Source of the DNA: Chloroflexota bacterium
Lineage (GTDB): Bacteria > Chloroflexota > Limnocylindria > Limnocylindrales > CSP1-4
NCBI GenBank assembly: GCA_021785175.1
Contig: JAJYGH010000041.1
Location: 2,815 to 66,814, forward strand
Direction of reading: 5' to 3'
Length of the DNA: 64,000 nucleotides
The position numbers and the translations under genes are program-made. Shown one piece after another: positions 8,013-19,707 of the stretch. Position 1 is the first letter of the stretch; each line of letters opens with the position of its first letter. Below the pieces are notes generated by a model. That model was given only the letters and a program-made list of their open reading frames with translations, made no database searches and was not told the origin of the DNA.

Positions 8013-9722
8013 ATGACGCGCATCGCGGTCGATCCCGTCACGCGGATCGAGGGCCACCTCCGGATCGAGGTGGAGGTGGAGAACGGCGTCGTCCGCGACG
8101 CCTGGAGCACCGGGACGATGTTCCGGGGCATGGAGCTGATCCTGAAGGGCCGTGATCCGCGCGATGCGTGGCTGTTCGCGCAGCGCGCCTGCGGCGTCTG
8201 CACGACCGTGCACGCGCTCGCGTCGGTCCGCAGCGTCGAGAACGCCCTCGGGCTGCAGATTCCCACCAACGCGCGGCTCGTGCGCAACCTGATCGCCGGC
8301 ACCCAGTACGTGCAGGATCACGTGATCCACTTCTATCACCTGCACGCGCTCGACTGGGTCGACGTCGTGTCCGCGCTGAAGGCGGACCCCGCGGCCACGG
8401 CGAAGCTGGCGCAGTCGATCAGCGACTGGCCGAACAGCGGCACCGACTACTTCAAGGGCGTCCAGCAGAAGCTCTCGACGTTCGTCCAGAGCGGGCAGCT
8501 GGGCCCGTTCGCCAACGGCTACTGGGGCCACCCCGCGTACAGGCTCCCGCCCGAGGCGAACCTCATGGCGGTGGCGCACTACCTCGAGGCGCTCGACTGG
8601 CAGCGCCAGGTGATCCGCATCCATGCGCTCCTCGGCGGCAAGAACCCCCATCCCCAGACGTACGTCGTCGGCGGGATGGCGCTCGCGATCGACCCCAACT
8701 CGCCCACCGCGTTCAACGCGCGGCACATCTCGGAGATCGCGGGGCTGCTCGCCCAGGCGCAGGATTTCGTCGACCGGGTGTACGTGCCGGACGTGCTTGC
8801 CGTCGCCGGCTTCTACAAGGACTGGGCCGGGCTGGGCCAGGGGATCGGCAACTACCTCTCGTACGGGGAGTTCCCCGAGGCCGATTCGGGCGATGCCGCG
8901 ACGCTCTACCTGCCGCGCGGCCGGGTGATGGGCAGGGACCTCTCCCGGGTGATGCCGGTCGACCAGGCGAGCGTCGGCGAGACGGTGGCGCACTCCTGGT
9001 ACGAGTACAGCGGCGGCGACGGACAGCTGCGGCATCCCTGGGACGGCGAGACGAACCCCAGGTACTCCGGGCCGACGCCTCCGTTCCAGACGGTCTCGGA
9101 CCACGACAAGTACAGCTGGCTCAAGGCGCCCCGCTTCGACGGCCAGCCCATGGAGGTCGGGCCGCTCGCGCGGATGCTCGTCGCGTACGCGTCGGGGCAC
9201 GGGGACGTGAAGCCGGCCGTCGACGGCGTGCTCTCCGCGCTGGGGGTGCCGGCGACGGCGCTGTTCAGCACGCTGGGCCGCGTCGCCGCGCGGGCCGTCG
9301 AGACGAAGGTCATCGCGGCGCAGCTGCCGGGGTGGCTGTCGGAGCTCGAGGCCAACCTCAAGACGGGAGACCTGGCGATCGCCGACGTGTCGAAGTGGGA
9401 ACCGTCCACGTGGCCGGCGCAGGCCAAGGGCTTCGGCATGGAGGAGGCCCCGCGGGGCTCGCTCGGACACTGGGTGATCATCGAGAACGAGCAGATCTCG
9501 AACTACCAGCTGGTCGTGCCCAGCACCTGGAACGGGTCGCCGCGGGATGCGCAGGGCCGTCGCGGAGCGTGGGAGGAGGCGCTCGTCGGGACCCCCATCG
9601 CGGACCCCGCCCGCCCCGTCGAGGTCCTCCGCACCATCCACTCGTTCGACCCCTGCATGGCCTGCGCGGTCCACGTGTACGACCCCGACGCAGGCAGCTC
9701 GGTCGAGATCCGGGTCGTCTGA
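8013..9722 (+). CDS. hyaB: [NiFe]-hydrogenase large subunit
   Basis: N-terminal RIEGH and RACGVCTTVHALAS (L1 CxxC) motifs. C-terminal DPCMACAVH (L2). 570 aa. Confidence 0.9.
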   Translation: MTRIAVDPVTRIEGHLRIEVEVENGVVRDAWSTGTMFRGMELILKGRDPRDAWLFAQRACGVCTTVHALASVRSVENALGLQIPTNARLVRNLIAGTQYVQDHVIHFYHLHALDWVDVVSALKADPAATAKLAQSISDWPNSGTDYFKGVQQKLSTFVQSGQLGPFANGYWGHPAYRLPPEANLMAVAHYLEALDWQRQVIRIHALLGGKNPHPQTYVVGGMALAIDPNSPTAFNARHISEIAGLLAQAQDFVDRVYVPDVLAVAGFYKDWAGLGQGIGNYLSYGEFPEADSGDAATLYLPRGRVMGRDLSRVMPVDQASVGETVAHSWYEYSGGDGQLRHPWDGETNPRYSGPTPPFQTVSDHDKYSWLKAPRFDGQPMEVGPLARMLVAYASGHGDVKPAVDGVLSALGVPATALFSTLGRVAARAVETKVIAAQLPGWLSELEANLKTGDLAIADVSKWEPSTWPAQAKGFGMEEAPRGSLGHWVIIENEQISNYQLVVPSTWNGSPRDAQGRRGAWEEALVGTPIADPARPVEVLRTIHSFDPCMACAVHVYDPDAGSSVEIRVV

Positions 9723-9733
9723 GGAGCTGCGCC

Positions 9734-10537
9734 ATGGCCGTCATGCCGGCACCTGCCCCCGCCCCCGCGCCCACGGTCCTTCTCCCATCCACGCCCGCCG
9801 TCGCACAGGAGGTCCGGCGCGACGACGGCATCGGGACGCCGTCCGGCCAGCGCGTCCGCCTCTACGTCTGGGAGGTGCCCGTCCGGCTCACGCACTGGCT
9901 GACGTTCTTCTCGATCGTCGTCCTGAGCGTGACGGGCGGCTACATCGCGAGCCCGTTCCTGCTGCCGCCCGGCGGGGCGGTCATGAGCACGGTCTTCGCG
10001 ATCCACATGGGGGCCGCGTTCGTCTTCCTCGCGTCGGGCATCCTCAGGACGTACTGGCTGTTCGCCGGCAACCGCTTCTCGAGCTGGCGCGCCTTCGTGC
10101 CCACCAACCGCCGCCACCTCGCCGAGATCATCGAACAGGCGAAGTGGTACGCGTTCCTGCGGAAGGACCTCCCGCGGGTCGTGGGCCACAACGCACTGGC
10201 GAGCGGGACGTACCTCGTGGTGTTCTTTCTCTTCCTGGTACAGACGCTGACGGGCTTCGCGCTCGCCTCCGTCCACGGGAACGCCATCGAGTCGGCGCTG
10301 TTCGGGTGGGTTCCGCTCGTGACGGGCGGCATCCAGGGGATGCGGCTCATCCATCATCTGATCATGTGGGTGATCATCGGGTTCGCCATCCACCACGTCT
10401 ACTCGGCGGTCCTCGTCGACCACTGGGAGAAGACAGGGGTCATGTCGAGCATCTTCGGCGGCTACAAGTTCATCACGCGGCGCGACGTGCAGGCCGCACG
10501 CGACGGCGGGATGGACCTCGGAGACATCGAGCGGTGA
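9734..10537 (+). CDS. hyaC: Ni/Fe-hydrogenase b-type cytochrome subunit
   Basis: Four predicted transmembrane helices with conserved His (THWLTFF, AIHMGAAF, HNALASG, HHLIMW). This is the 3' third of track ORF 8168..10537; the 5' two-thirds of that ORF is an alternate frame over hyaB. Confidence 0.85.
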   Translation: MAVMPAPAPAPAPTVLLPSTPAVAQEVRRDDGIGTPSGQRVRLYVWEVPVRLTHWLTFFSIVVLSVTGGYIASPFLLPPGGAVMSTVFAIHMGAAFVFLASGILRTYWLFAGNRFSSWRAFVPTNRRHLAEIIEQAKWYAFLRKDLPRVVGHNALASGTYLVVFFLFLVQTLTGFALASVHGNAIESALFGWVPLVTGGIQGMRLIHHLIMWVIIGFAIHHVYSAVLVDHWEKTGVMSSIFGGYKFITRRDVQAARDGGMDLGDIER

Positions 10538-11109
10538 CTCATCTGCGTCCGCTGCTCGTCGTGGGGATCGGCAACGTGCTGCTCCGCGACGAAGGGGTCG
10601 GCGTGCACGTCGTCGAGCGGCTGGACCGTCTCGCGCGGAGGCGGCCGGACGTGCTGCCGCCGGAGTGCACGCTCGTCGACGGTGGGACGCTCGGGCTCGA
10701 CCTGCTGCCGATGATCGAGGACGCCCGGGCCGTCGTCCTGGTCGATGCCGTGAACCTGCGCGGCGCTCCCGGCGATGTCCGTGTCCTGCATGGGCCGGAT
10801 CTGCACGCCACGCTCGCCAACCGTGTCTCGCCGCACCAGGTCGGCGTCGGCGACCTGCTGGCAGCCGCGCGGCTGCGCGGGACCCTGCCCGCCGACGTGG
10901 CGCTCGTCGGCATCCAGCCCGCCGAGATCGAGATCGGCCTCGAGCTGACCGCTGCCGTCGAGGCGGCGGTCGCGCGGGCCGCCGACGTGGCGTGCGAGAC
11001 GGCCTGGGAGCTGCACCGAGCGGCCGGCGGCGCCGATGGGGCTGGTCGGCCCCTCGCGAGCCGTGCCCCGGTCCGCGGCGACGCGGCGGCGCTCGGGGCG
11101 CCGGGCTGA
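10534..11109 (+). CDS. hyaD: Hydrogenase maturation endopeptidase (HyaD/HybD/HupD family)
   Basis: LLVVGIGNVLLRDEGVGVHVVERL and DGGTLGLDLL motifs. The GTG start overlaps the hyaC stop (GTGA). Confidence 0.8.
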   Translation: MTHLRPLLVVGIGNVLLRDEGVGVHVVERLDRLARRRPDVLPPECTLVDGGTLGLDLLPMIEDARAVVLVDAVNLRGAPGDVRVLHGPDLHATLANRVSPHQVGVGDLLAAARLRGTLPADVALVGIQPAEIEIGLELTAAVEAAVARAADVACETAWELHRAAGGADGAGRPLASRAPVRGDAAALGAPG

Positions 11110-11432
11110 TGCACGAGGCGGGGATTGCGCGGTCGATCGCGGCCGTGCTGCGGGGCCGGGACGTTGCCGGACGGCGCGTGGTGCTGCACGTCCGCGGCGG
11201 CCACCACGGGCCGGACGAGTTCGAGGCCGCGCTGCGTCTCCACCTCGAGATCGAGGCGCCCGACCTCGAGCTGACCTCGTTCGAGATCGTCCACGACCCG
11301 GTCCCGCGGTTCTGCGTGGGGTGCGGCGCGGAGTTCCCCGCCGCTCGCCCGGAAGACCCGTGCCCCCGCTGCGGCGGGGCGAGCCTCCCCCTGCTTGACC
11401 GCGAGCAGGTCGAGGTCGAGATCGCCGGCTGA
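11109..11432 (+). CDS. hypA: Hydrogenase nickel-incorporation protein HypA
   Basis: 107 aa with MHEAGIA, CVGCG and CPRCGG zinc-ribbon motifs. The ATG overlaps the hyaD stop (TGATG). Confidence 0.8.
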   Translation: MHEAGIARSIAAVLRGRDVAGRRVVLHVRGGHHGPDEFEAALRLHLEIEAPDLELTSFEIVHDPVPRFCVGCGAEFPAARPEDPCPRCGGASLPLLDREQVEVEIAG

Positions 11433-11434
11433 CG

Positions 11435-14035
11435 ATGCCCAGCCTCCGCGACGACGCCATCGTCGGGCGACTCGTGCGCGTGTCCGGGATCGTCCAGGCC
11501 GTCGGGTTCCGGCCGTTCGTGTACCGGCTGGCCCGGGAGATGGGGCTGGACGGGCGCGTGCGGAACACGGCGGGCCGCGTCGAGATCGAGGTCGCGGGGA
11601 CGCCCGCGGAGCTGGAGCGGTTCGCGGCGCGGATCCGCGAGGAGGCGCCGCCCCGGGCGCGTGTCGAGTCGGTGGTGGCGGAGCCGCTGGCAGCGGACGC
11701 GATCCCGGACGCCGGGAGCGGTTTCCGGATCCTCGAGAGCATCGCCGAGGCGTCGACCGAACGCCTCTTCCCGCCCGACATCGCGACCTGCGACGACTGC
11801 CTGCGCGAGCTGTTCGATCCTGCCGATCGGCGCTACCGCTACCCGTTCATCAACTGCACGAACTGCGGGCCGCGGGCGACGATCATCGACGACCTGCCGT
11901 ACGACCGCCCGCGGACGTCGATGCGCGACTTCCCCCTGTGCCCCGCATGCGAGGTCGAGTACCGGGATCCCGCGAACCGGCGCTTCCACGCCGAGCCAGT
12001 CGCGTGCCATGTCTGCGGCCCGCGCCTCGCCTGGCGCCGTGTTCGCGACGCCGCGCCGGAGGCGTTCGCGGAGGATGCACTCCGGGCGGCAGCCGCCGAG
12101 CTGCTGGCGGGGCGGATCGTGGCGGTCAAGGGGCTCGGCGGGTACCACCTCGCGTGCGACGCGACCGACGATGCCGCGGTCCGGCGCCTGCGCGACCGAA
12201 AGCGGCGCTGGGCGAAGCCGTTCGCGGTCATGGTCCGCGACCTCGCGGCGGCGCACGGGCTCGCGCAGATCGACGAGGACGAGGCGGCGCTGCTGACCTC
12301 GCCCGCCCGGCCGATCGTGCTCGTCGAGCGGGTCCCGGACCAGGCCACGGTGGGTCTCGCTCGCTCGGTCGTCAACGGCGACCGACGCGTCGGGCTGTTC
12401 CTCCCGTACACGCCGCTCCATCACCTGCTGCTCCAGGCCGTCGGGCGGCCGATCGTCCTCACGAGCGGGAACCTCTCGGACGAGCCGCTCGCGACCGACG
12501 ACGACGAGGCGCTCGAGCGGCTCGGCGGCATCGCGGACGCGTTCCTGCAGCACGACCGCCGGATCCGGGCCCGCTACGACGACTCGGTCACCCGCGTCGT
12601 GGCCGGCCGCGAGTCGATGATCCGCCGCGGCCGCGGCCATGCGCCGGATCCGCTCGACCTGCCGGTTCCCGTGCCCGAGCCGCTGCTCGCCGCGGGCGCG
12701 GAGCTGAAGCACACGTTCACGATCGCGTCCGGGTCGCGCGCGTACGTCGCGCCGCACACCGGCGACCTCGAAGACATGCGCACGTTCCGCGCCTTCGAGG
12801 GCAACCTCGCCCACCTGCGTCGGCTCCTCGACCTCGATCCGCGGCTCGTCGCGCACGACCTCCACCCGGCGTACCTCTCGACGCAGTTCGCCGTGCGCCA
12901 CTTCCCCGCCGAGCGCCGCCTCGCCGTCCAGCACCACCACGCCCACGTCGCGTCCGCGGCCGCGGAGGCCGGGATCACGGGGCCGTGCATCGGGGTCGCA
13001 TACGACGGGCTCGGCATGGGTGACGACGGCACGTTCTGGGGCGGCGAGCTCCTGCTGTTCGACCTTGCCGGTTACCGGCGGCTCGCGCGATTCGCCCGCG
13101 CTCCGATGCCCGGAGGCGCGTGGGCGGTGCGCAGACCCTACCGGATGGCCCTCGGTTATCTCTTCGGAATGGAGCAATATCGGGGCGACATGCGTCCCGA
13201 GTCCGCCACGATCCCCGTCGAATCGAGCGCGGCGTTCCTCGCGCGCCTCGACCCGCGCGAGGTCGACGTCGTCCGCACGCAGGTTGCCCGCGGCCTCAAC
13301 GCGCCGCTCGCGTCGAGCGCGGGACGCCTGTTCGACGCGGTGAGCAGCCTGCTCGGCATCCGCGACGTCGCGGAGTACGAGGCGCAGGCGGCGATCGAGC
13401 TCGAGATGCGCGCGACCCCGACCGACCCGCTCGCGCCTGCGGCCCGTCTCGCCGACTCGAGATGCCTCGACGACGGGAAGACGGCGGGGCCGGCGCCGGC
13501 CGGGGCGGCCGCCGACCCGGATGCCGGCGACTGCGGCGCACGGGGCGCTCGCGAGGTGGCCACCGCGGCGGACGCGGTGGTCGACCGTGCCGCGGGAGGT
13601 GATGGCCCGGCGGACGCGACGCGGGCGCTGCCGTACCGGCTGTTCCGGCGCGATGGCCTGCTCGTGTACGACCCCGCCCCGACGCTCGCGGCGCTCCTCG
13701 CGGCGCAATCCCGCGGCGCTCCCGCGTCCGTCCTCGCCGCGCGCTTCGAGGAGACCGTCGCCGAGGTCACCCGAGAGCTGTGCGATGTCGCCCGCCGCGA
13801 GACGGGCGTCCGCTCCGTGTGCCTGTCCGGCGGGGTGTTCCAGAACCACTGGCTCGCGTCGGCGCTCCTCGCCCGGCTCGCGGGTGACGGTTTCGAGGTC
13901 TTCGTCAACCGCCTCGTCCCCGTGAACGACGGCGGCATCAGCTACGGGCAGGCGGCCGTGGCCGCGGCGCGCCTCGCGGGCGCGACCGCCGGTGGCGCGC
14001 CGGCCGGCTTCGGTCCGGCTTCGCGGGCGCGCTGA
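11435..14035 (+). CDS. hypF: Carbamoyltransferase HypF
   Basis: 866 aa with an acylphosphatase-like N-terminus, two CxxC-x18-CxxC zinc fingers (CDDC..CTNC; CPAC..CHVC), a YrdC-like domain (VAVKGLGGYHLACDA) and a Kae1-like C-terminus. Confidence 0.9.
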   Translation: MPSLRDDAIVGRLVRVSGIVQAVGFRPFVYRLAREMGLDGRVRNTAGRVEIEVAGTPAELERFAARIREEAPPRARVESVVAEPLAADAIPDAGSGFRILESIAEASTERLFPPDIATCDDCLRELFDPADRRYRYPFINCTNCGPRATIIDDLPYDRPRTSMRDFPLCPACEVEYRDPANRRFHAEPVACHVCGPRLAWRRVRDAAPEAFAEDALRAAAAELLAGRIVAVKGLGGYHLACDATDDAAVRRLRDRKRRWAKPFAVMVRDLAAAHGLAQIDEDEAALLTSPARPIVLVERVPDQATVGLARSVVNGDRRVGLFLPYTPLHHLLLQAVGRPIVLTSGNLSDEPLATDDDEALERLGGIADAFLQHDRRIRARYDDSVTRVVAGRESMIRRGRGHAPDPLDLPVPVPEPLLAAGAELKHTFTIASGSRAYVAPHTGDLEDMRTFRAFEGNLAHLRRLLDLDPRLVAHDLHPAYLSTQFAVRHFPAERRLAVQHHHAHVASAAAEAGITGPCIGVAYDGLGMGDDGTFWGGELLLFDLAGYRRLARFARAPMPGGAWAVRRPYRMALGYLFGMEQYRGDMRPESATIPVESSAAFLARLDPREVDVVRTQVARGLNAPLASSAGRLFDAVSSLLGIRDVAEYEAQAAIELEMRATPTDPLAPAARLADSRCLDDGKTAGPAPAGAAADPDAGDCGARGAREVATAADAVVDRAAGGDGPADATRALPYRLFRRDGLLVYDPAPTLAALLAAQSRGAPASVLAARFEETVAEVTRELCDVARRETGVRSVCLSGGVFQNHWLASALLARLAGDGFEVFVNRLVPVNDGGISYGQAAVAAARLAGATAGGAPAGFGPASRAR

Positions 14036-14051
14036 GCAGGAGGAGGACACC

Positions 14052-14440
14052 ATGTGCCTGGGGATCCCCGGGAAGGTCATCGAGATCCGCGACGAGGGCG
14101 GCCTCGCCATGGGCCGCGTCGACTTCGGCGGCGTGCGGAAGGACGCGTGCCTGGCGTACGTGCCCGAGGTGACCATCGGCGATTACGTGATCGTCCACGT
14201 CGGGTTCGCGATCTCGAAGGTCGACGAAGAGGAGGCGCTGCGCACGCTCGAGCTGCTCGACCAGATGGGTGACCTCGTGCAGCAGGAGCTGGCGACGATG
14301 GAGGCCGGCATGTCGGCGCCCGCGGTCGTCGACCTCGGGCCGGTGGGAGCCGGCGGCACGGGCGCAGGCGACGGAGCCGGCGCGGTCGTGGGGGTGGGCG
14401 ACGACCAGGCGAGGCGCCCACCGATGCTGGAGACCGCGCC

Positions 14441-14444
<4 letters not shown>
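14052..14444 (+). CDS. hypC: Hydrogenase assembly chaperone HypC with Gly/Ala-rich C-terminal extension
   Basis: Canonical MCLGIP N-terminus; AGGAGGA RBS 6 nt upstream. The core is about 87 aa, followed by about 40 extra residues. The stop overlaps the hypD ATG (ATGA). Confidence 0.8.
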
Positions 14445-15624
<1,180 letters not shown>

Positions 15625-15628
<4 letters not shown>

Positions 15629-16692
15629 CCGACCGGCCCGTGCTCGATCCGCTCGCGGCGACCTGCCCGGCTCCGCTCGAGGAAGGGGAGCGCGTGCTGC
15701 TCGGCCACGGCTCGGGCGGCCAGCTGTCGGCGGCGCTCATGCGCGACGTCATCGGCCCGGCGCTCGGTCCCGCGTCCGACGGGGGACCGCTGAACGACGC
15801 GGCCGTGATCGACGTCGGCGGACGGCGCCTGGCCTTCACGACCGACTCGTTCGTGGTCAGCCCCCTCCGCTTCCCGGGTGGGGACATCGGCGAGCTGGCC
15901 GTCAACGGCACGATCAACGACCTCGCGATGATGGGGGCACGCCCCGTCGCGATCTCGCTCGCGTACGTCATCGAGGAGGGGCTGTCGTTCGACGAGCTGC
16001 GGGCCGTGACGGAGTCGGTCGGCCGCGCTGCGGCTGCCGCCGGGGTTCGCGTGGTGACCGGCGACACGAAGGTCGTCGGGCGGGGAGCAGCCGACCGCCT
16101 GTTCGTGAACACCGCGGGCATCGGGCTCGTTCCCGACGGCATCGCGCTCGGCGCCGACCGGGCGAGCCCCGGCGACGCGGTGCTGCTCTCGGGACCGATC
16201 GGCCTGCACGGTGTCGCGATCATGAGCGTCCGGGAGGGCCTCGAGTTCGAGGTCGAGATCGCGTCCGACACGCAGCCCCTGCACCGGCTCGCGGCGGCCG
16301 TCCTGGAGGCCGCGCCCGGCGCACACGTGCTGCGCGACCCGACACGCGGCGGCCTCGCGTCGGCCGTCAACGAGATCGCGGTGGCGTCCGGCGTCGGGAT
16401 CGTCCTGGACGAGGATGCGATTCCGGTCCCCGGCCCGGTCCGCGCCGCGTGCGAGATGCTCGGCCTCGACCCCCTCCACGTCGCGAACGAGGGCAAGTGC
16501 GTCGCGATCGTCCGCGAAGCCGATGCGCAGTCGGCGCTCGGCGCCATGCGCTCGCTGCCCGAGGGGCAGGGGGCGGCCCTCGTCGGACGCGTCGTCGCGG
16601 ACCATCCCGGAATGGTCACGATCCGGACGCTGGTCGGCTCCGAGCGGATCGTCGACATGCTCGTGGGCGAGCAGCTTCCCCGGATCTGCTGA
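15625..16692 (+). CDS. hypE: Hydrogenase maturation factor HypE
   Basis: AIR-synthase-like fold with the HypE C-terminus ...EQLPRIC. The ATG overlaps the hypD stop (ATGA). Confidence 0.9.
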
Positions 16693-16789
16693 GCCCGGGC
16701 TCGTCGAACTCCGGTGCGGACCGGGCGGTGACCAGCGGTCGGGAGAGTCGGGGCGCACCGTCCGGAGCGGTTCGTGCCAGACTCCGCGG

Positions 16790-17158
16790 ATGGACGTCCG
16801 GCTGAAGCGCGCGTACGACGAACCCGACCCGTCTGACGGTGCGCGGGTGCTCGTCGATCGGGTGTGGCCGCGCGGACGTTCGCGGGACGCGCTCAGGCTC
16901 GCGGCGTGGGAGCGCGACATCGCGCCGAGCACGGAGCTGCGCCGCTGGTTCGGGCACGACCCGGCGCGGTGGGCCGAGTTCCGGTCGCGCTACGAGGCGG
17001 AGCTGCGCGAGCCCGACCGACAGGCGGCGATGGGCCGGCTCGCCGGACTGGCCGCCGCCGGCCGGCTGACCCTGGTCTTCGGCGCGGCCGATGCCGAGCG
17101 CAACCAGGCGGTCGCGATCCGGGACGCACTGCTGCGCCGCGGCCGCGAGACGGCGTGA
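16790..17158 (+). CDS. DUF488 family protein
   Basis: 122 aa; AYDEPDPSDGARVLVDRVWPRG...RWFGH matches the DUF488 signature. Confidence 0.6.
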   Translation: MDVRLKRAYDEPDPSDGARVLVDRVWPRGRSRDALRLAAWERDIAPSTELRRWFGHDPARWAEFRSRYEAELREPDRQAAMGRLAGLAAAGRLTLVFGAADAERNQAVAIRDALLRRGRETA

Positions 17159-17203
17159 CGGGACCGGTTTGACATCGGACGCGCGGCGTCGTGAACTGGC
17201 GAC

Positions 17204-18514
17204 GTGGAGATGATCGAGCGGGACGCCGACGGGCGCCGGCGGGAAGGACCGGACGTCGGGGCACTGCGGCCGGATCTCGAGGCGGACAGTGAACGCCGGC
17301 AACTCGAGGAACTGCGGTTCCTGCACGAGGTGCTGCGCCTGGCAACGACGGCGCGCACGTGGGACGAGCTGCTCTCGATCGTCGTCGACGGGACCCGCGA
17401 CGCGCTCGGGGCGGACGTTTCCTCGCTGTACCTGCTCGACCGCGACGGCCTGGCGCTCACGCTCGCGGCCACGAACGGGCTCGACCGGCACCAGATCGGC
17501 CGGGCGCGCGTGCCGTTCGGGGAGGGCATCACCGGCCGCGTCGCCGCTTCGCGCGAGCCGGTCGCGATCGAGGACGTCCGTTCCGACGACCGCTTCCTGT
17601 GGGTTCGGGGGCTCGATCAGCGGCGCTTCGTCGCCTCGATGCTCTCGGTGCCGCTCTCCTGGAACGACCAGGTGGTCGGCGTGCTGAACGTGCAGACGGA
17701 GCGCCGGCGCCGGTTCGCGCCGCGGGACGTGGCGCAGCTCCGGGCCATCGCGGACCTGCTGGCGGGGATCGTCGCGAAGGGGCGGCTCCAGCGCGAGGCC
17801 GAGGCGCAGGTCGCGTCGCTGCAGGCGCTGGAGCGGGCGCAGGCGGAGCTCGTCGCGCTCGTCACGCACGAGCTGCGGACGCCGCTCGCCGTCGTGCGCG
17901 CGTACCTCGACCTGCTCGCCGACGCCGTCGCCGACGGGGCCGCGACGGTGCCGGACGCCGGGGAGTGGCACAGGCGCGCCGAGGAGCAGGTGCTCCGCCT
18001 CGACCACCTGGTCGACTCGATCCTGGCCTCGGTGCGCCCCGAGGAGCAGTCGCCCCTCGACCTCGTCCCGATCGACCTTGGCGAGATCGTCGACGAGACG
18101 CTCGCCAGCGTTGGACCGCTGCTGCGGAGGCACACCGTCGTCCGGGAGGGGACCAGGGGACTCCGCGTCCTCGGTGACGCACCGCGCCTGCGGCAGGTCC
18201 TCGAGCATCTCCTCGAGAACGCGGTGAAGTACGCGCCGCCGGGATCCCGGATCACGATCTCGACGCGCCTGCAGGAGGGCGTCGGGCGGCTGTCGGTGGC
18301 GGACGAGGGACCGGGCGTGCCCGAGGAGTGGCGGGAGCGGATCTTCGAGCCGTACGCGCGACGAGCCGAGACGGGCGTGGTCCGCGGATCGGGCATCGGC
18401 CTGTACGCGGCGCGGCGGCTCGGCGAGGCGATGGGCGCGCGGCTGTGGTGCGAGCCGACCGAGGCCGGAGGGGCGCGATTCGTCGTCGCCCTCGCTGCGG
18501 CGGTGGCGCTGTGA
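17204..18514 (+). CDS. GAF-domain sensor histidine kinase
   Basis: GAF region (GITGRVAASREPVAIEDV...VPLSWNDQVVGVLNVQ), HisKA H-box (THELRTPLAVV) and HATPase (LENAVKYAP, DEGPGVP, GSGIGL). Confidence 0.75.
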   Translation: MEMIERDADGRRREGPDVGALRPDLEADSERRQLEELRFLHEVLRLATTARTWDELLSIVVDGTRDALGADVSSLYLLDRDGLALTLAATNGLDRHQIGRARVPFGEGITGRVAASREPVAIEDVRSDDRFLWVRGLDQRRFVASMLSVPLSWNDQVVGVLNVQTERRRRFAPRDVAQLRAIADLLAGIVAKGRLQREAEAQVASLQALERAQAELVALVTHELRTPLAVVRAYLDLLADAVADGAATVPDAGEWHRRAEEQVLRLDHLVDSILASVRPEEQSPLDLVPIDLGEIVDETLASVGPLLRRHTVVREGTRGLRVLGDAPRLRQVLEHLLENAVKYAPPGSRITISTRLQEGVGRLSVADEGPGVPEEWRERIFEPYARRAETGVVRGSGIGLYAARRLGEAMGARLWCEPTEAGGARFVVALAAAVAL

Positions 18515-19272
18515 CCCTGCGTGACGACGCTCTCCCGTCGCGCCCGCTGCGCATCCTCGTCGTCGACGACGACCCGGCCATGGTCGGCGCGATCACGGCA
18601 CTCGTGGGGACGGAGGGCCACCAGGTCGTCACCGCATACGACGGGTCGACGGCCGTGCGGCGCTGGCGCGAGGAGAGCCCCGACCTCGTGCTGCTCGATC
18701 TCGCCATGCCGCGGCCCGACGGGTTCAGCGTGGCGGCCCAGCTTCGATCCGAAGGGGCCGACGTCCCGATCATCGTCGTCAGTGGCGAACGGGCCGAGGC
18801 GGCGAAGGTCCGCGCCCTCGACCTGGGCGCGGACGACTACCTGGTCAAGCCGTTCGGGAAGCAGGAGCTGCTTGCGCGGATCCGTGCGGCCGTCCGCCGC
18901 GCGCCGCGAGGCGAACGCCTGGCTCGCCCGGCCGGCGGTGCCGAGTCCGCCGCCGTGCACGTCACGGGCAGCCGCTCGTTCGGAGGCGTCACGCTCGATT
19001 CCGCGCACCACGAGGCCCGCGTGGGCTCGACCCCGCTCGTCCTCACGCCGATCGAGTACCGGCTCCTCGAGGCTCTCGTCGCCGCCGCCGGCGGGCTCGT
19101 CGGACACGCGGGCCTGCTCGCCGCGGGGTGGCCGGGCGAGCGCGATCCCGACCCGCTCTGGCTGAAGCCGCACCTCACGCGGCTCCGGCACAAGCTCGAC
19201 GAGGCGCTCGGGCCATCGCTGGTGTCCATCCGCGCCGTGGGCTGGTGCCTCCGCCCGCGGCCCTCGCCGTAA
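18511..19272 (+). CDS. OmpR-family response regulator
   Basis: Receiver domain (ILVVDDDP...LLDLAMPRPDG...DDYLVKPF) and a winged-helix C-terminus (LTPIEYRLLEAL...LRHKL). The GTG start overlaps the kinase stop (GTGA). Confidence 0.75.
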   Translation: MTLRDDALPSRPLRILVVDDDPAMVGAITALVGTEGHQVVTAYDGSTAVRRWREESPDLVLLDLAMPRPDGFSVAAQLRSEGADVPIIVVSGERAEAAKVRALDLGADDYLVKPFGKQELLARIRAAVRRAPRGERLARPAGGAESAAVHVTGSRSFGGVTLDSAHHEARVGSTPLVLTPIEYRLLEALVAAAGGLVGHAGLLAAGWPGERDPDPLWLKPHLTRLRHKLDEALGPSLVSIRAVGWCLRPRPSP

Positions 19273-19353
19273 CCGTTCCGGCACCGAACCGAATCCCTTG
19301 CGCCGCCGACGCGGACCCTTGCCGCGGATAGCCTCCACGGTGGAGGCGATGCC

Positions 19354-19572
19354 ATGTACAGCTTCACCGATCCCGGATTCCCTCTCCCTCGGAATGCCCA
19401 GGGACCCGTCACCTGTGCGGCCTGCGGGTGCCGCCTGACGCACGACGAATCGCGCGGCGAGGCGGTCTGGGTCCACTTCCACCCGTTCGGCGGACGGGAC
19501 GCCCGCGGATGCCGCGTGGCGTGCGTCGACCTTCCCCACGACCGGTCGGGGGCGCCGCTCCGCCTCAGCTGA
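19354..19572 (+). CDS. Hypothetical 72-aa Cys4 protein (possible zinc-ribbon)
   Basis: GGAGG RBS 9 nt upstream. Contains CAACGC and CRVAC pairs. Normal composition; no family recognised. Confidence 0.35.
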   Translation: MYSFTDPGFPLPRNAQGPVTCAACGCRLTHDESRGEAVWVHFHPFGGRDARGCRVACVDLPHDRSGAPLRLS

Positions 19573-19707
19573 TCGGACCGGCTGCCGTCGGAAGCCACGC
19601 CCGGACGAGGACGGGGCTTCCGCAGCCTCCCTGCGTGGTCTCGTGACGGTTCTCCCGGGGCGACGACCGTCCGGTGGCCGCGCCGCGGCGACGGTGCCCG
19701 CGGCGGG

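Noticed and set aside
8168-9733. 5' two-thirds of track ORF 8168..10537
   Set aside because: It is an out-of-frame read-through over hyaB. Only the 3' part from the ATG at 9734 matches a cytochrome b.
9503-14176. 1557-aa minus-strand ORF spanning the hyp genes
   Set aside because: It is antisense to hyaC, hyaD, hypA and hypF, all of which carry clear family motifs on the plus strand. Its composition is Arg/Pro-dominated.
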